This document shows, piece after piece, positions 8,748-19,539 of a stretch of 64,000 nucleotides of DNA. Origin of the DNA: an uncultured Acidimicrobiales bacterium (lineage in GTDB: Bacteria > Actinomycetota > Acidimicrobiia > Acidimicrobiales > AC-14); assembly GCA_902805665.1 (NCBI GenBank), contig CADCTB010000094.1, forward strand, positions 1,960-65,959, read 5' to 3'. A model generated the notes under the pieces. It saw only the letters and a list, made by a program, of their open reading frames with translations, was not told the origin of the DNA and ran no database searches. Made by a program: the position numbers and the translations under genes. The first letter of the stretch is position 1; each line of letters starts with the position of its first letter.

Positions 8748-9328
8748 GTTTCCGCCCGCCCCGGCGTCCAACCGACATGAGCGAGTTCGCAGAGCGCTAC
8801 CGCAGGATCGCCGGGCAGTTCACCGACCGGGTCACGGCTGTGCCCGAAGACGCCTGGGACAACCCGGCGCCGTGCGAGGGGTGGGTGGCACGCGACGTCG
8901 TCCGCCACCTGGTCGAGTGGGTGCCCGGGTTCTTCGAGTCGTACGTCGGCATCAGCCTGCCGAAGCCGACCACGGTCGACACCGACCCTGCCGGAGCGTG
9001 GGCGACGTTCAGCGACGCCATCGAGGCCCTGCTGGACGACCCGGTGGTCTCGGCCCGAGAGTTCGACGCGCCAATGGGGCGCAAGTCGGTGGAACAGGCG
9101 ATCGACATGATCGTCACGAGCGACGTGCTGCTGCACACCTGGGACCTGGCCCGGGCCACCGGCCTCGACGAGACCCTCGATCCCGAAGAGGTCCACCGGA
9201 TGTTCGAAAGCATGGAGCCGATGGACGAGCTCCTGCGCCAGAGCGGCCACTACGGGCCACGGGTGCAGGTGCCCGACGATGCCGACGAGCAGACCAAGCT
9301 GATCGCGTTCATCGGCCGCCGGCCCTAG
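8744..9328 (+). CDS. DinB-like / TIGR03086-type mycothiol-dependent enzyme family protein
   Basis: PCEGWVARDVVRHLV...HTWDLARATG pattern of the maleylpyruvate-isomerase N-terminal (DinB) fold. ATG 8744 overlaps the TauE stop (ATGA); alternative ATG at 8777. Confidence 0.7.
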   Translation: MSFRPPRRPTDMSEFAERYRRIAGQFTDRVTAVPEDAWDNPAPCEGWVARDVVRHLVEWVPGFFESYVGISLPKPTTVDTDPAGAWATFSDAIEALLDDPVVSAREFDAPMGRKSVEQAIDMIVTSDVLLHTWDLARATGLDETLDPEEVHRMFESMEPMDELLRQSGHYGPRVQVPDDADEQTKLIAFIGRRP

Positions 9329-9332
9329 CCGG

Positions 9333-11006
9333 TCAGGCGCTCTTGTTGCGGGTCTGGGCGTTGACCTTGCGGTCGGAGCGCACGATCGACCACAGCAGGG
9401 CGCACGCGCAGGCCCCCGCCCCCAGGAAGCACAGGATGGCCAGGGTCGGGTAGCCGAAGAGCTTCGACGACGTCTCGACCTGGACGAGCATCGCCGCACC
9501 GATGATCAGGGCGGCGAGCACCAGCCCCATGGTCAGGCGATTGGCCAGCTTCTGGAAACCGCGCATGAGCTCGGCCTGGTCGAACGCATGGACGTCGAGG
9601 TGGAACGTCCCCTCGGCCATGGCGTCCATGACCTTGTTGACCCGGCCCGGGAGCTGCTCGACGAAGTCACGGGCCTCGAGGAGCGCCGAGAAGGCGCTGC
9701 CCGAGGACGGGGTCATCTGGCTCTCGAGGATGTTGTCCGTGTGGCGCTTGATGGCCTCGCTCGGATTGAAGTTCGGGTCGAGCTCCTGGGCCACCTGGTC
9801 GAGGTTGAGGAGGGCCTTTCCCAGCATGGAGAGCTCGGGAGGCAGGCGCAGGTCGTGGTCGCCGGAGATGCGCATCAGCTCCATGACCATCGAGCCGGCG
9901 TCGAGCTCCTGGATGCTCATGCCCTGGCTGCGCTCCACCAGCTCCGCCGCCTTGGTGGAGAACGCGACACCGTCGAAGTTCTCCAGCGGACGGCCCATGG
10001 CGATGGCGGCGTCGGCCACCGCCTTGCCGTCCCCGTCACTCATCGCGAGTAGGAGCTTGACCAGGAGCTTGCGCATGCCGGCCGGCACCCGGGCGACCAT
10101 GCCGAGGTCGACTAGCGCCACCCGGTTGTCGTCGGTGAGGAGGACGTTGCCAGGGTGCGGATCGGCGTGGAAGAACCCCTCCACCAGGATCTGGTCGAGG
10201 TAGGCCTCGAAGAGCTGCTCGGCCAGCCGGCATCCGTCGAACTCCATCTTGGCCAGCGGGCCCATCTCGGTGATCTTGCGGCCGGGTATGAAGTCCATGG
10301 TGAGGACCTTGCCGGTGGTGTAGTCCTCGATCGGCTCCGGGATCACCACCGCGTCGTACTTGGACACGATCCGGGCCAGCGCGGTGAGGTTGGCCGCCTC
10401 GCGGCGGTAGTCCAGCTCGCCGTTGAGCGACCGGCGGAACTGCTCGAGCAGCTCGCCGAACCCGTACCGGCGGCCCACCTCGGAGTGCCTGTCGGCGAAC
10501 TCGGCGAGCTCGGCCAGCGCCTCCATGTCCTCGGCGATGCGCTCCTTGATCCCCGGGCGCTGCACCTTGACCACGACCTGGCGACCGTCGCGCATCACCG
10601 CCCGGTGGACCTGGCCGAGCGAGGCGGAGGCGAGGGGCTTGGCGTCGAACGACGAGAACGCCCTCGACAGGCGCACGCCGAGCTCTTCGGTCACGATGCG
10701 TTCGACCTCCTCGAACCCGAAGGGCTCGACGGAGTCCTGAAGCCGGCTCAATGCACGCGCGTAGGGGGGTGGAATGAGGTCGGCGCGGGTCGACATCAGC
10801 TGGGCCAGCTTGATGTAGGTGGGGCCCATTCGCTCCAGGTCGTCGGTGAGCTCCTCGGCCTTGGCCGGGACATCGCCTCCGTCGCTGAAGTCGGCGACGT
10901 CGTCGAGGCCGGCTTCCTTCACCAGGTCGGACCGGCCGTACTTCATGAGGAGCCGGGCGATGTCGCGGTACCGCCCGGCGTGTTGGGGACGAAGGGAGAC
11001 AGACAT
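9333..11006 (-). CDS. ABC1/UbiB-family atypical kinase with C-terminal membrane anchor
   Basis: 557 aa. KLAQLMSTRADLIPPPY, FFHADPHPGNVLL, VDLGMV, and two C-terminal hydrophobic helices. Confidence 0.85.
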   Translation of the reverse strand: MSVSLRPQHAGRYRDIARLLMKYGRSDLVKEAGLDDVADFSDGGDVPAKAEELTDDLERMGPTYIKLAQLMSTRADLIPPPYARALSRLQDSVEPFGFEEVERIVTEELGVRLSRAFSSFDAKPLASASLGQVHRAVMRDGRQVVVKVQRPGIKERIAEDMEALAELAEFADRHSEVGRRYGFGELLEQFRRSLNGELDYRREAANLTALARIVSKYDAVVIPEPIEDYTTGKVLTMDFIPGRKITEMGPLAKMEFDGCRLAEQLFEAYLDQILVEGFFHADPHPGNVLLTDDNRVALVDLGMVARVPAGMRKLLVKLLLAMSDGDGKAVADAAIAMGRPLENFDGVAFSTKAAELVERSQGMSIQELDAGSMVMELMRISGDHDLRLPPELSMLGKALLNLDQVAQELDPNFNPSEAIKRHTDNILESQMTPSSGSAFSALLEARDFVEQLPGRVNKVMDAMAEGTFHLDVHAFDQAELMRGFQKLANRLTMGLVLAALIIGAAMLVQVETSSKLFGYPTLAILCFLGAGACACALLWSIVRSDRKVNAQTRNKSA

Positions 11007-11076
11007 GTGTGTCCTGCATGTACCCGACCGGTTGCCTATTGCAACAGTGAGGTGCGACCGCCCGGCGCAGTGCCGG

Positions 11077-12078
11077 CTAGACGAGCTCCCGGGCCTCGGC
11101 GTAGTGACAGGCCGACGGGTGGCCCTCGCCCCGGTCCACCAGGGCGGGCGGCTCGTCGATGCAGCGCTGCTGCTGGGCCTCGGTCAGCTCGTTGGCGAAC
11201 TTGGGGCAGCGGGTGCGGAAGCGGCAGCCGCTGGGGGGGTTGACCGGGCTCGGCACGTCGCCCGAGACGAGGATGCGACGGCGAGCCCGCTCCCGGTTCG
11301 GGTCGGGGACCGGCACGGCGGAGATCAGGGCCTGGGTGTAGGGATGCGACGGCCGCTCGAACAGGTCGTCGGTGGGGGCCGTCTCCACGATGGTCCCGAG
11401 GTACATGACCGCCACCCGGTCGGCGATGTGGCGGACGACGCTGAGGTCGTGGGCGATGAAGAGGTAGGTGAGCTTGAGCTGGGCCTGCAGATCCTCCAGC
11501 AGGTTGATCACCTGGGCGCGGATCGACACGTCGAGGGCGGAGACCGGCTCGTCGCACACGATCAGCTTGGGGTTGAGGGCCAGGGCCCGGGCGATGCCGA
11601 CGCGCTGGCGCTGACCGCCCGAGAACTCGTGCGGATACCGGCCGGCGTGCTCCGGGAGGAGGCCGACCATGTTCAGCAGCGCCTCGACCTTTCCGTCCGC
11701 GTCGAGGCCGTGGATGGTGAACGGCTCGCGAAGGATCCCGCGGACGGTCATCCGCGGGTTCAGGCTGGCGAACGGATCCTGGAAGATCATCTGCATCTCC
11801 CGCCGGAGGGCTCGCAGCCGGCTGGCACCCGCGGTGGTGATGTCCTCGCCCTCGAACCGGATGCTGCCCGACGTCGGCTCGATCAGCCGGAGCACGGCCC
11901 GCGCCGTCGTCGACTTCCCGCAGCCCGACTCGCCGACGAGCGCGAACGTCTCCCCCTGCTCCAGGTCGAAGGAGATGCCGTCGACCGCCCTGACCGCACC
12001 CACGTCGTGGCGGAAGACGATGCCCGACCGGATCGGATAGTGCTTGACCAGGTTCTCGACCTCGACCAGCGCGGTCAT
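11077..12078 (-). CDS. Oligopeptide/dipeptide ABC transporter ATP-binding protein (OppF/DppF type)
   Basis: Walker [10 protein letters not shown], signature FSGGQRQR, and a C-terminal Cys-containing oligopeptide-type extension. ATGA overlap with the upstream gene. Confidence 0.9.
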   Translation of the reverse strand: MTALVEVENLVKHYPIRSGIVFRHDVGAVRAVDGISFDLEQGETFALVGESGCGKSTTARAVLRLIEPTSGSIRFEGEDITTAGASRLRALRREMQMIFQDPFASLNPRMTVRGILREPFTIHGLDADGKVEALLNMVGLLPEHAGRYPHEFSGGQRQRVGIARALALNPKLIVCDEPVSALDVSIRAQVINLLEDLQAQLKLTYLFIAHDLSVVRHIADRVAVMYLGTIVETAPTDDLFERPSHPYTQALISAVPVPDPNRERARRRILVSGDVPSPVNPPSGCRFRTRCPKFANELTEAQQQRCIDEPPALVDRGEGHPSACHYAEARELV

Positions 12079-13082
12079 GAGGCAGCGGGTGATTGCTGGA
12101 GGGCGAGCTGGTCGCTGTGGTGGCAGGCGGCCAGGTGGTCCGGGCCGTCCTTGGGCTCGAGCGGCGGCATCTCCTGCCGGCAGATGTCGGTGGCGAACGG
12201 GCAGCGGGGGTTGAACGGGCAGCCGGGCGGGACGCGGATGAGGCTCGGCGGCTGGCCCACGATGGGTTGCAGGCGGTCGCTGCGGCGCTGGTCCATGCGG
12301 GCCAGGCTCTTCAACAGGCCCAGGGTGTACGGATGGCGGGGGCGGTAGTAGACGTCGTCGATAGTCCCCAGCTCGGCGACCTTGCCGGCGTACATCACCA
12401 GCACCCGGTCGGCGTGGCCGGCGACGAGCCCGAGGTCGTGGGTGATGAGGACGATGGCCGTGCCCCGGTCGGCCTGGAGCCGGATGAGCAGGTCCATGAT
12501 CTGGGCCTGGACGGTGACGTCGAGCGCAGTGGTGGGCTCGTCGGCCAGCAGGACGAGGGGGTCGAGGGCGAGGGCCATGGCGATCATCGCCCGCTGGCGC
12601 ATGCCCCCGGAGAACTGGTGGGGGTACTCCCGGGCCCGCTGGCGGGGGTTGGGGATGCCGACCTCGCCCAGCAGGTCGACCGCCTTGGCCCGGGCCGCGA
12701 TCCGGCCCATCTTCTCGTGGGCCTGGATGACCTCGGCGATCTGGTGGCCGACCCGGAACACCGGGTTCAGCGCGGTCAGGGGATCCTGGAAGATCATGGA
12801 GATCTCCTTGCCCCGGATGGCCCGCCGTTCCTTGTCGTCGGCGGTCAGCAGGTCCCTGCCCTTGAACAGGATGCGGCCGGACTCGTAGCGGGCGGGCGGG
12901 ACCTCGACCAGCCCCATGACGGCCAGGGCAGAGACCGACTTGCCGGATCCCGACTCGCCGACGATGCCCAGCGTCTCGCCGGGGCCGATCGACCAGGACA
13001 CGCCGTCGACCGCCTTCACCACCCCGGCATCGGTGTGGAAGTGGACCCGCAGGTCCTCTATGGAGAGAAGAGGCTCGGTCAC
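12075..13082 (-). CDS. Oligopeptide/dipeptide ABC transporter ATP-binding protein (OppD/DppD type)
   Basis: Walker A GESGSGKS, signature FSGGMRQR, Walker B LLLADEPT. GTG start at 13082. Confidence 0.9.
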   Translation of the reverse strand: MTEPLLSIEDLRVHFHTDAGVVKAVDGVSWSIGPGETLGIVGESGSGKSVSALAVMGLVEVPPARYESGRILFKGRDLLTADDKERRAIRGKEISMIFQDPLTALNPVFRVGHQIAEVIQAHEKMGRIAARAKAVDLLGEVGIPNPRQRAREYPHQFSGGMRQRAMIAMALALDPLVLLADEPTTALDVTVQAQIMDLLIRLQADRGTAIVLITHDLGLVAGHADRVLVMYAGKVAELGTIDDVYYRPRHPYTLGLLKSLARMDQRRSDRLQPIVGQPPSLIRVPPGCPFNPRCPFATDICRQEMPPLEPKDGPDHLAACHHSDQLALQQSPAAS

Positions 13083-13113
13083 GGTGTCTCCTGGTCGCTG
13101 CGCAACGGCACAG

Positions 13114-14067
13114 TCACCGGAGCCGCGGGTCCAACGCGTCGCGCAGCCCGTCGCCCACGAAGACGAAGCCCAACACCGTGAACACGACCGCCATGCTCGG
13201 GAAGAACCACAGGTAGTCCTTGAACCCGAAGAACTTCTGGCCTGAGGAGATCATGTTCCCCCAGTCGGGCACGTCGGGCGGGACGCCGACACCGAGGTAG
13301 CTCAGCGACGCCTGGGCCACGATGGCGGCAGCCACGCTGACCATGGCGTACACGAGCACCGGGGCCATGCTGTTGGGAAGGACGTGGCGGGTCACGATCC
13401 GCCACTTGCTCGCCCCCAGGGACCGGGCCGCCTCGACATACTCGCTCTCCCTGATCGACAGGATCGAGCTGCGCAGAAGGCGGGCGATGGTGGCCCAGCT
13501 GAACAGTCCGAGAGCGATGATCACCGGAGCGACTCCGCGTCCGACCACGAGGATGATCATGATGGCGCCGATGATCAGGGGGAAGGCGAAGAAGACGTCG
13601 GCGATCCGCATGATGAGGGCGTCCCACGCCCGGCCCAGGTAGCCCGAGACAGACCCGAGCACCACGCCGATGACCAGCGCCAGGAAGATCGACGCCAGCC
13701 CGACGGTGACGGCGATGCGGGTGCCGTGGACGACCCTGCTGAACACGTCGCGGCCGAGCTCATCGGTGCCGAACCAGTGCTGGGCCGACGGGCCTTGGAG
13801 GGTGATGTTCAGATCCTGCGCCCTCGGCGGGTGGGTGGCGATGATGGGCGCGAACACAGCGGTCACGAACACGATCGTCAGCATGACGAGACCGACCACG
13901 GCCAGCTTGTTGCGAAGGAACCGCCGGCGGACGTTGCCGAACTGGGTCTGGCGGGTGATGCCACCGACGGCGGCGGCCTGGGTCTCCGCCCCGCCGAACC
14001 CGCTGGCCCCCGCTTCGAGCGTGACCTCCCCGACGGGCGGGGCGGCCGGAACGGCCTGATCTGTCAT
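13114..14067 (-). CDS. Peptide ABC transporter permease (OppC/DppC type)
   Basis: 317 aa, six hydrophobic segments, binding-protein-dependent permease loop (SEYVEAARSLGASKWRIVTRHVLPN). Confidence 0.85.
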   Translation of the reverse strand: MTDQAVPAAPPVGEVTLEAGASGFGGAETQAAAVGGITRQTQFGNVRRRFLRNKLAVVGLVMLTIVFVTAVFAPIIATHPPRAQDLNITLQGPSAQHWFGTDELGRDVFSRVVHGTRIAVTVGLASIFLALVIGVVLGSVSGYLGRAWDALIMRIADVFFAFPLIIGAIMIILVVGRGVAPVIIALGLFSWATIARLLRSSILSIRESEYVEAARSLGASKWRIVTRHVLPNSMAPVLVYAMVSVAAAIVAQASLSYLGVGVPPDVPDWGNMISSGQKFFGFKDYLWFFPSMAVVFTVLGFVFVGDGLRDALDPRLR

Positions 14068-14071
14068 GCGG

Positions 14072-15001
14072 TCACTCCAGCCGTATCCGAGGGTCGAGGA
14101 AGGCGTACGCGACGTCGACGACCAGGTTGACGAGCACGAACACGAGGACGCCGTAGGTGACCGCGCCCAACACGATGGGGTTGTCCTGGGACTGGATGGC
14201 CCCGACGAGCGCCAATCCGATGCCGTTCCAGTTGAACACGGTCTCGGTGATGATGGCCCCGCCCAGAAGTCCTCCGAACGCGATGCCCACGTAGGTGAGC
14301 ACCGGGATGATGGAGTTGCGCAGGGCGTGCTTGAGCATCACGACCCGCTTGGACAAGCCCTTGGCGTACGCGGTGCGGATGTAGTCGGCCCGCATCACCT
14401 CGGACATCGTGCCCCGCATCAGCCGGCTCACCAACGCGGTGTCCAGCGAGGCCAGAGTGATCGCCGGCAGGATGAGGGCCCGGTTGCCGGCTGACTGCCC
14501 CTGGAGCGGCAGCCAGCGCAAATTGATGGCGAACACGTTCTGCAACCCGAGGCCGATGATCAGGACGGGCACCCCGACCGCGAACGTCGTCGAGAGGGTG
14601 ACCAGCACGTCGAAGAAGGAGTACCGGAACACGGCGGCGAGGATGCCGGCCGAGATGCCGAGAGCCAGCATCACTCCGATGGCGGCCACCGCCAGCTTTG
14701 CCGTGTTGCCCAACTTCTCCTTGAGGATGGTGTTGACCGATCGTCGGTAGACGTAGGACTCGCCCAGGTCGCCCTGGGAGAGCCGGCCGAGGTAGGAGAC
14801 GTACTGCTGGGGCAACGGCTTGTCCAGGTCGTACCGCCGCTCCAGAGCCGCCCTCGTCGACGGATCGAGTTGCCGGCCCTCACCCTGCGAAGTGGCAATG
14901 GGGTCGCCCGGCACCACGAACAGGCAGATGAACAGGATGATGCTGGCCCCGAAGAGGACCAGCATCATCTGCAGGAGGCGCCGGACGACGTACTTGCCCA
15001 T
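14072..15001 (-). CDS. Peptide ABC transporter permease (OppB/DppB type)
   Basis: 309 aa; the N-terminus MGKYVVRRLLQMMLVLFG and ADYIRTAYAKGLS are typical of OppB/DppB. Confidence 0.85.
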   Translation of the reverse strand: MGKYVVRRLLQMMLVLFGASIILFICLFVVPGDPIATSQGEGRQLDPSTRAALERRYDLDKPLPQQYVSYLGRLSQGDLGESYVYRRSVNTILKEKLGNTAKLAVAAIGVMLALGISAGILAAVFRYSFFDVLVTLSTTFAVGVPVLIIGLGLQNVFAINLRWLPLQGQSAGNRALILPAITLASLDTALVSRLMRGTMSEVMRADYIRTAYAKGLSKRVVMLKHALRNSIIPVLTYVGIAFGGLLGGAIITETVFNWNGIGLALVGAIQSQDNPIVLGAVTYGVLVFVLVNLVVDVAYAFLDPRIRLE

Positions 15002-15011
15002 GTTGCAGTTG

Positions 15012-16691
15012 TTACTTCTGGCTCACGGTCTCCAGCGTGGGCCGCTCGAAGAAGTCGAGACCGAGGCCCGTCCACTTGCTCGAGTCGAAGACCCGGTACG
15101 CGGTCCGGTAGTAGGTGGGGACGAGGGCGAGGTCACGGCCGATGGCCAGCTTCTCGATGTCCTCGATGACCTTCTCCCGCTCGGCGTCGCTGCGCAGGGT
15201 CTTCTGCCGTGACAGGAGCGTGTCGACCTCGGGGTTGGAGTACTTGCCGTCGTTGTCCTCGCTGCCGGTCTTCAGCAGCGGGGTCACGAAGCCGTCGGGC
15301 GACGGGTAGTCGGTGGTCCAGGCGGCCCGGGCGAAGTCGAAGTCGCCCCGGTCCCGCTTCTGCAGGTGCTCGGCGAAGGGCACCCCGTCGAGCTCGACCA
15401 CGACGCCGAGGTTGCGCTCGAGCTGGTCCTTCCAGGCCTGCACCAGCGGCTCGTGGCCACCGTCGTTGTTGTAGGCCAGCTTCAGCCGGGTCCCCGGGGT
15501 GAGGCCGGCGCGCCCCGCCAGGTCCTTGGCCTTGGCCGGGTCGAACTTGCACCAGTCACCACAGACGCCCGGCTGGAAGAACTGGCCGAACGGCGGGGAG
15601 ATGAACGAGGTGGCCGGGGTCAGGAAGCCCTGGTAGACGCCCCTGTTGATGGCCTCACGGTCGATGGCCATGGACAGGGCCTTGCGGGCGTCGGGGTTGT
15701 TGAACGGCGCCTTGGCGTTGTTGGTGAGGATGTAGTTGATCCCGCTCTGCTCGCTCTTGATGAAGCTGCCCTGGGGCTTGTACGTCGCCTCCGCCTGCTG
15801 GTTCAGCGTCGGCGGGATGCGGGCGAAGTCCACCTCCCCGGCCGTGAACGCCCGGTACTCGGCCTCGAGCCGGCCCTGGGCCGGGAAGATGATGAACTCG
15901 ATGCCGTCGAGCTTGGGCTTGCTCAGGAAGTAGTTGTCGTTGCGGACCAGCGAGATGCGCTGGTTGTGCTCCCACTTCGTGCCCGGCTTGAGCATGAACG
16001 GGCCGTTGCCGATGGGCGCGTCGTTGAAGGTCGCGTTGTTGGCTGCGCCGGCGCTGGAGGGCACCGGGCTGGCGACCGGGTGGACGAGCTGCTTGTCGAA
16101 CTCGCAGTCTCCGGCGTCGAGCTTCACGACCAGCGTCTGCGGGTCGGGCGACGAGACCCCGGAGAAGGTGGTCGCCGTGGGCGGGGTGGCGTGCAGCGGG
16201 GCGTAGCCCTGGATCTGCTGCAGGTGGTAGGCGACCTGGGAGGCGGCGGTGCCGATGGCGGCACGGGTCCATCCCCTGATGAAGGCGGCGGCGTCGACGG
16301 GCTCACCGTTGTGGAACGTCGCACCCCGGCGGAGGTTGAAGGTCCACTCGGTGCAGTCCCCGTTCGGCGCCCACCGCTCGGCGACTCCCGGCCGCATCTT
16401 CAGCTCGGGGTTGCCGTCGTAGGTGACCAGGCCGGTGAACAGCCGGACCGTGACGTTGCTGCCCTCGGACTCACGGGCCTGGTAGGGGTCGATCGACGCC
16501 GGTTCGCCGATCGGCACCCGGAAGACCCCACCGGGCCTGCCCTCGGCGGTCTGGCCGCCCGTCTGGCCCGACCCGGCAGTGTCCGGGTCGTCCGATCCGC
16601 CGCATGCTGCCGCTACAAGCGCCAGACAAACCGCCGCGATGCCAACTCGGGTGCTATGCCCGATCCTTCGCACGTGCTGCCTCCATTCCAT
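15012..16691 (-). CDS. Family-5 peptide ABC substrate-binding lipoprotein
   Basis: Start moved to ATG 16691, which gives a signal peptide with lipobox LVAAAC-GG. The body is typical of OppA/DppA-type SBPs. Confidence 0.85.
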   Translation of the reverse strand: MEWRQHVRRIGHSTRVGIAAVCLALVAAACGGSDDPDTAGSGQTGGQTAEGRPGGVFRVPIGEPASIDPYQARESEGSNVTVRLFTGLVTYDGNPELKMRPGVAERWAPNGDCTEWTFNLRRGATFHNGEPVDAAAFIRGWTRAAIGTAASQVAYHLQQIQGYAPLHATPPTATTFSGVSSPDPQTLVVKLDAGDCEFDKQLVHPVASPVPSSAGAANNATFNDAPIGNGPFMLKPGTKWEHNQRISLVRNDNYFLSKPKLDGIEFIIFPAQGRLEAEYRAFTAGEVDFARIPPTLNQQAEATYKPQGSFIKSEQSGINYILTNNAKAPFNNPDARKALSMAIDREAINRGVYQGFLTPATSFISPPFGQFFQPGVCGDWCKFDPAKAKDLAGRAGLTPGTRLKLAYNNDGGHEPLVQAWKDQLERNLGVVVELDGVPFAEHLQKRDRGDFDFARAAWTTDYPSPDGFVTPLLKTGSEDNDGKYSNPEVDTLLSRQKTLRSDAEREKVIEDIEKLAIGRDLALVPTYYRTAYRVFDSSKWTGLGLDFFERPTLETVSQK

Positions 16692-17020
16692 CAGCCAAGT
16701 TGACTGGGAACGCCCAGACGGGCCCCAGCCGATTCTGGACGAGGCGACCACAGAGCGAGGCCAGGTCCGGATTCAGTCAAATTTTACCCCAAGAGTGACG
16801 CTTGTTTCGCTCTGCGTGAAGGGCGAGACCGGACACTTTCCGGATGGTTCGGGGGGCTACGGCCGAGGTCAGGACGAGCCAGCCAGTGTCTCCGGCGTCT
16901 CGATGAGGGTGAGGACCACATCGTACCCACGGTTGTGTCCCGATGAGTCGACCTCCTCCGAACGCGACAAGGCGAGTGGAGCAAGGTGTGCTTTCCCTGC
17001 TCGGTGGGCAGGGGAGACCC

Positions 17021-18034
17021 ATGAGGTTCGCAGCCAGCCTCATGGCTGCCGTCTGCCTGGTGGCCTGTGGCTCGTCGGGGGGCGAGGGGTCGAAGGGGGC
17101 GGAGCAGGGGGGCCACCGGCCCGAGGCCGCCGTCGCCCGAGCTTTGTCGCACCCCACGCCCGACGCCGTGGCCACCACCGTCGCTCCGCAGCTGAGCCCG
17201 CCCCCGCGGGAGCGCCTGGCGGCAGGCGTGCACGAGCATCAGGTGCAGGTCGACGGTCACACCCGACGCTGGAGCACCGTGGTGCCGCCGCGCCCCGACG
17301 GGGCGCTCCCGACCGGCCTGCTCGTCGTCCTTCACGGCGTGGGTGGCCGGGGCGCCGACATGCGGTCGTCGGGATTCGAGCCGCTCGCCGGAGCGCACGG
17401 CGCCGTCGTCGCCTACCCGGACGCGGTAGGCGGGGCCTGGAACGACGGACGGCCAGGCGCCGATCCGGTGGTCCCCGGCGTGGCCGTGGACGACGACATC
17501 CGCTTCCTCCGCCTCCTGATCGAGGAGACCTCAGCCCGTACGGGCGCGGACGTCCGGCGGGTGGCCGTCGCCGGCTTCTCGAACGGCGCGGTGATGGCGG
17601 GCAAGGTGGCCTGCGAGCTCGCCGACCGGGTGACAGCAGTCGCCGTCATCGGAGGGACTGCCGGTCAGGGGTTCGAACAGTCGTGCCGGCCGGCCCGCCC
17701 GGTGGCGGTCATGGTCGTCGCCGGTTCCAACGACCGCACCGTGCCCTATGCGGGTGGCCGGGTGGCTGACTGGGGCACGAGAAGGCGCGGGTTCGTGGCG
17801 CCGGTCGACGACTTCTTCGCCTTCTGGGGAGCTCAGGCCGGCTGTTCCTCCATCCAGCCGCTTCCCGCCCTGCCGCAGGTCAGCGCAGCCCGGGGCGCGG
17901 ACTGCCGCGCCGGGGCCGCAGTCGTCAGGTACCGGGTGAACGGGGGAGGGCACGAGTGGTTCCGGCCGCCCGGGCTCGACACCACCAAGGTCGTCTGGGA
18001 CTTCGTGACCGGGCGCTTCGCAGCGTCCACCTGA
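17021..18034 (+). CDS. PHB-depolymerase-family esterase lipoprotein (LpqC-like)
   Basis: ATG 17021 preceded by GGGGAG. Lipobox LVAC-GS, HGVGG oxyanion region, and nucleophile elbow GFSNGA. Confidence 0.7.
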   Translation: MRFAASLMAAVCLVACGSSGGEGSKGAEQGGHRPEAAVARALSHPTPDAVATTVAPQLSPPPRERLAAGVHEHQVQVDGHTRRWSTVVPPRPDGALPTGLLVVLHGVGGRGADMRSSGFEPLAGAHGAVVAYPDAVGGAWNDGRPGADPVVPGVAVDDDIRFLRLLIEETSARTGADVRRVAVAGFSNGAVMAGKVACELADRVTAVAVIGGTAGQGFEQSCRPARPVAVMVVAGSNDRTVPYAGGRVADWGTRRRGFVAPVDDFFAFWGAQAGCSSIQPLPALPQVSAARGADCRAGAAVVRYRVNGGGHEWFRPPGLDTTKVVWDFVTGRFAAST

Positions 18035-18049
18035 ACGTCGCCCGCCTGA

Positions 18050-19528
18050 TCACTCCTCGAGCGTCTCCGGCGCACGGTGCTCCCCGTAGCGCTCGGCCGG
18101 GACCTTGCCGGAGTACTCCTCGTCGTAGCTCCAGTCCGGCTGCTTCTCCCGGTGGCGCTCGTCCCAGGTGGCCCGATCGCCCTCGATGTCCACCAGCTCC
18201 GCGATCAGCTCGCGTTCCACGGCAGGCGCCTCACCTGTGAGATGGGCGGTCAGCTCGTCGGGGAAGAGCTCGAGGAAGCTGGACAGCACGTTCTGGTGCT
18301 GGGTGGCCAGGTAACAGCGGGCCCCGTCAGCGACGGTGGCCACCCGCTTCTTGATGGTGTCGAGGTCGTGGTCGGCGGCCTCGGACCGGCATACCTCGTC
18401 CATCAGCTCGGCCAGCTGGAGCCCGTCCTGTTTGCACGGCGTGCACTGGCCGCAGGACTCGACGGCCAAGAATCGGGAGACACCGGCGGCGACTGCGGTC
18501 AGGTCCACCGAGTCGTCGAACACGATGAACCCGGCCGATCCGAGGCCGCTGCCGATGGCGGCCAGGCCCTCGTAGCTCACCGGCGTGTCGAGCAGCGACT
18601 CGGGGATGAACCCCTGGGCCGTCCCGGGCAGCACCGCCTTCACCCGACGGCCCTGCTCGACCCCACCCCCGATGGTCTCGATCACCTCGCGGAGCGGCGT
18701 GCCCATCAGCACCTCTCCGACGCCGTGGCGGCGGGTGCTGCCGGTGACGGTGCAGACGATGGTGCCGGGCGACTCCTCGGTGCCCGCAGTGCGGAACCAG
18801 GCCGCGCCCCGGGCGATGATGGCGGGGACGTTGGCGAGGGTCTCCACGTTGTCGACGAGTGTCGGCGGGGCCACCTGGTCGCCACCCTCGCCGGCCATCT
18901 CGACCGGAGCCGACAGGCCACTTCCCGAGACGGTGTCGGCCACCGTGTCCACCACCTCGGTGACCCCCCGCCGGAACGGAGGGGCGATGCGGGGGAAGGG
19001 GTAGCGGCCGTCGATGGTCTCCAGGAGGGCGGTCTCCTCGCCGTAGAGGTACTCGTTGGGACCCTCGAACACCTCGATCTCGACCCCCTCCACCAACCCG
19101 GCCGCGGTCATCTCGTCGATCGCGCCCTGCAGGCGGGCGACCTCCTCGCCGAAGGACTCCTTGAGGCCGAAGATGACGGTGGTGGCGCCGACCGCCAGCG
19201 CGGCAATGAGAGCTCCCTCGACCACCTGGTACGGGTCGTTGCGCAGGATGGTGCGGTCCTTGAACGTCCCCGGCTCGCCTTCGGCGCCGTTGACGACCAC
19301 GGTGGTCGGCAGGGTCGGCGAGGCGTTGCCTGCCACCGTGCGCCACTTGGTGCCGGTGGGGAAGCCGGCGCCGCCCCGACCCCGGAGGCCCGAGGCCTCC
19401 AGCTCCTCGATGAGGGCGATGGCCTCGACCTTCCGGGCCGCGTCGAGTCCCTTTCCGCCTCCACGCTCCAGGTACTCGTCGAGGTCGGCGATGGGGTGCG
19501 GGTACAGGACGCGGTGCACGATGGTCAT
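18050..19528 (-). CDS. Orphan NuoF-like NADH-binding FMN/4Fe-4S flavoprotein with C-terminal extension
   Basis: Start at ATG 19528 (MTIVHRV...). GLRGRGGAGFPTGTKW FMN/NADH site and ESCGQCTPCKQDG cluster motif, plus about 95 extra C-terminal residues. No nuoE or nuoG neighbour. Confidence 0.8.
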   Translation of the reverse strand: MTIVHRVLYPHPIADLDEYLERGGGKGLDAARKVEAIALIEELEASGLRGRGGAGFPTGTKWRTVAGNASPTLPTTVVVNGAEGEPGTFKDRTILRNDPYQVVEGALIAALAVGATTVIFGLKESFGEEVARLQGAIDEMTAAGLVEGVEIEVFEGPNEYLYGEETALLETIDGRYPFPRIAPPFRRGVTEVVDTVADTVSGSGLSAPVEMAGEGGDQVAPPTLVDNVETLANVPAIIARGAAWFRTAGTEESPGTIVCTVTGSTRRHGVGEVLMGTPLREVIETIGGGVEQGRRVKAVLPGTAQGFIPESLLDTPVSYEGLAAIGSGLGSAGFIVFDDSVDLTAVAAGVSRFLAVESCGQCTPCKQDGLQLAELMDEVCRSEAADHDLDTIKKRVATVADGARCYLATQHQNVLSSFLELFPDELTAHLTGEAPAVERELIAELVDIEGDRATWDERHREKQPDWSYDEEYSGKVPAERYGEHRAPETLEE

Positions 19529-19539
19529 GTGCAGCAGTC

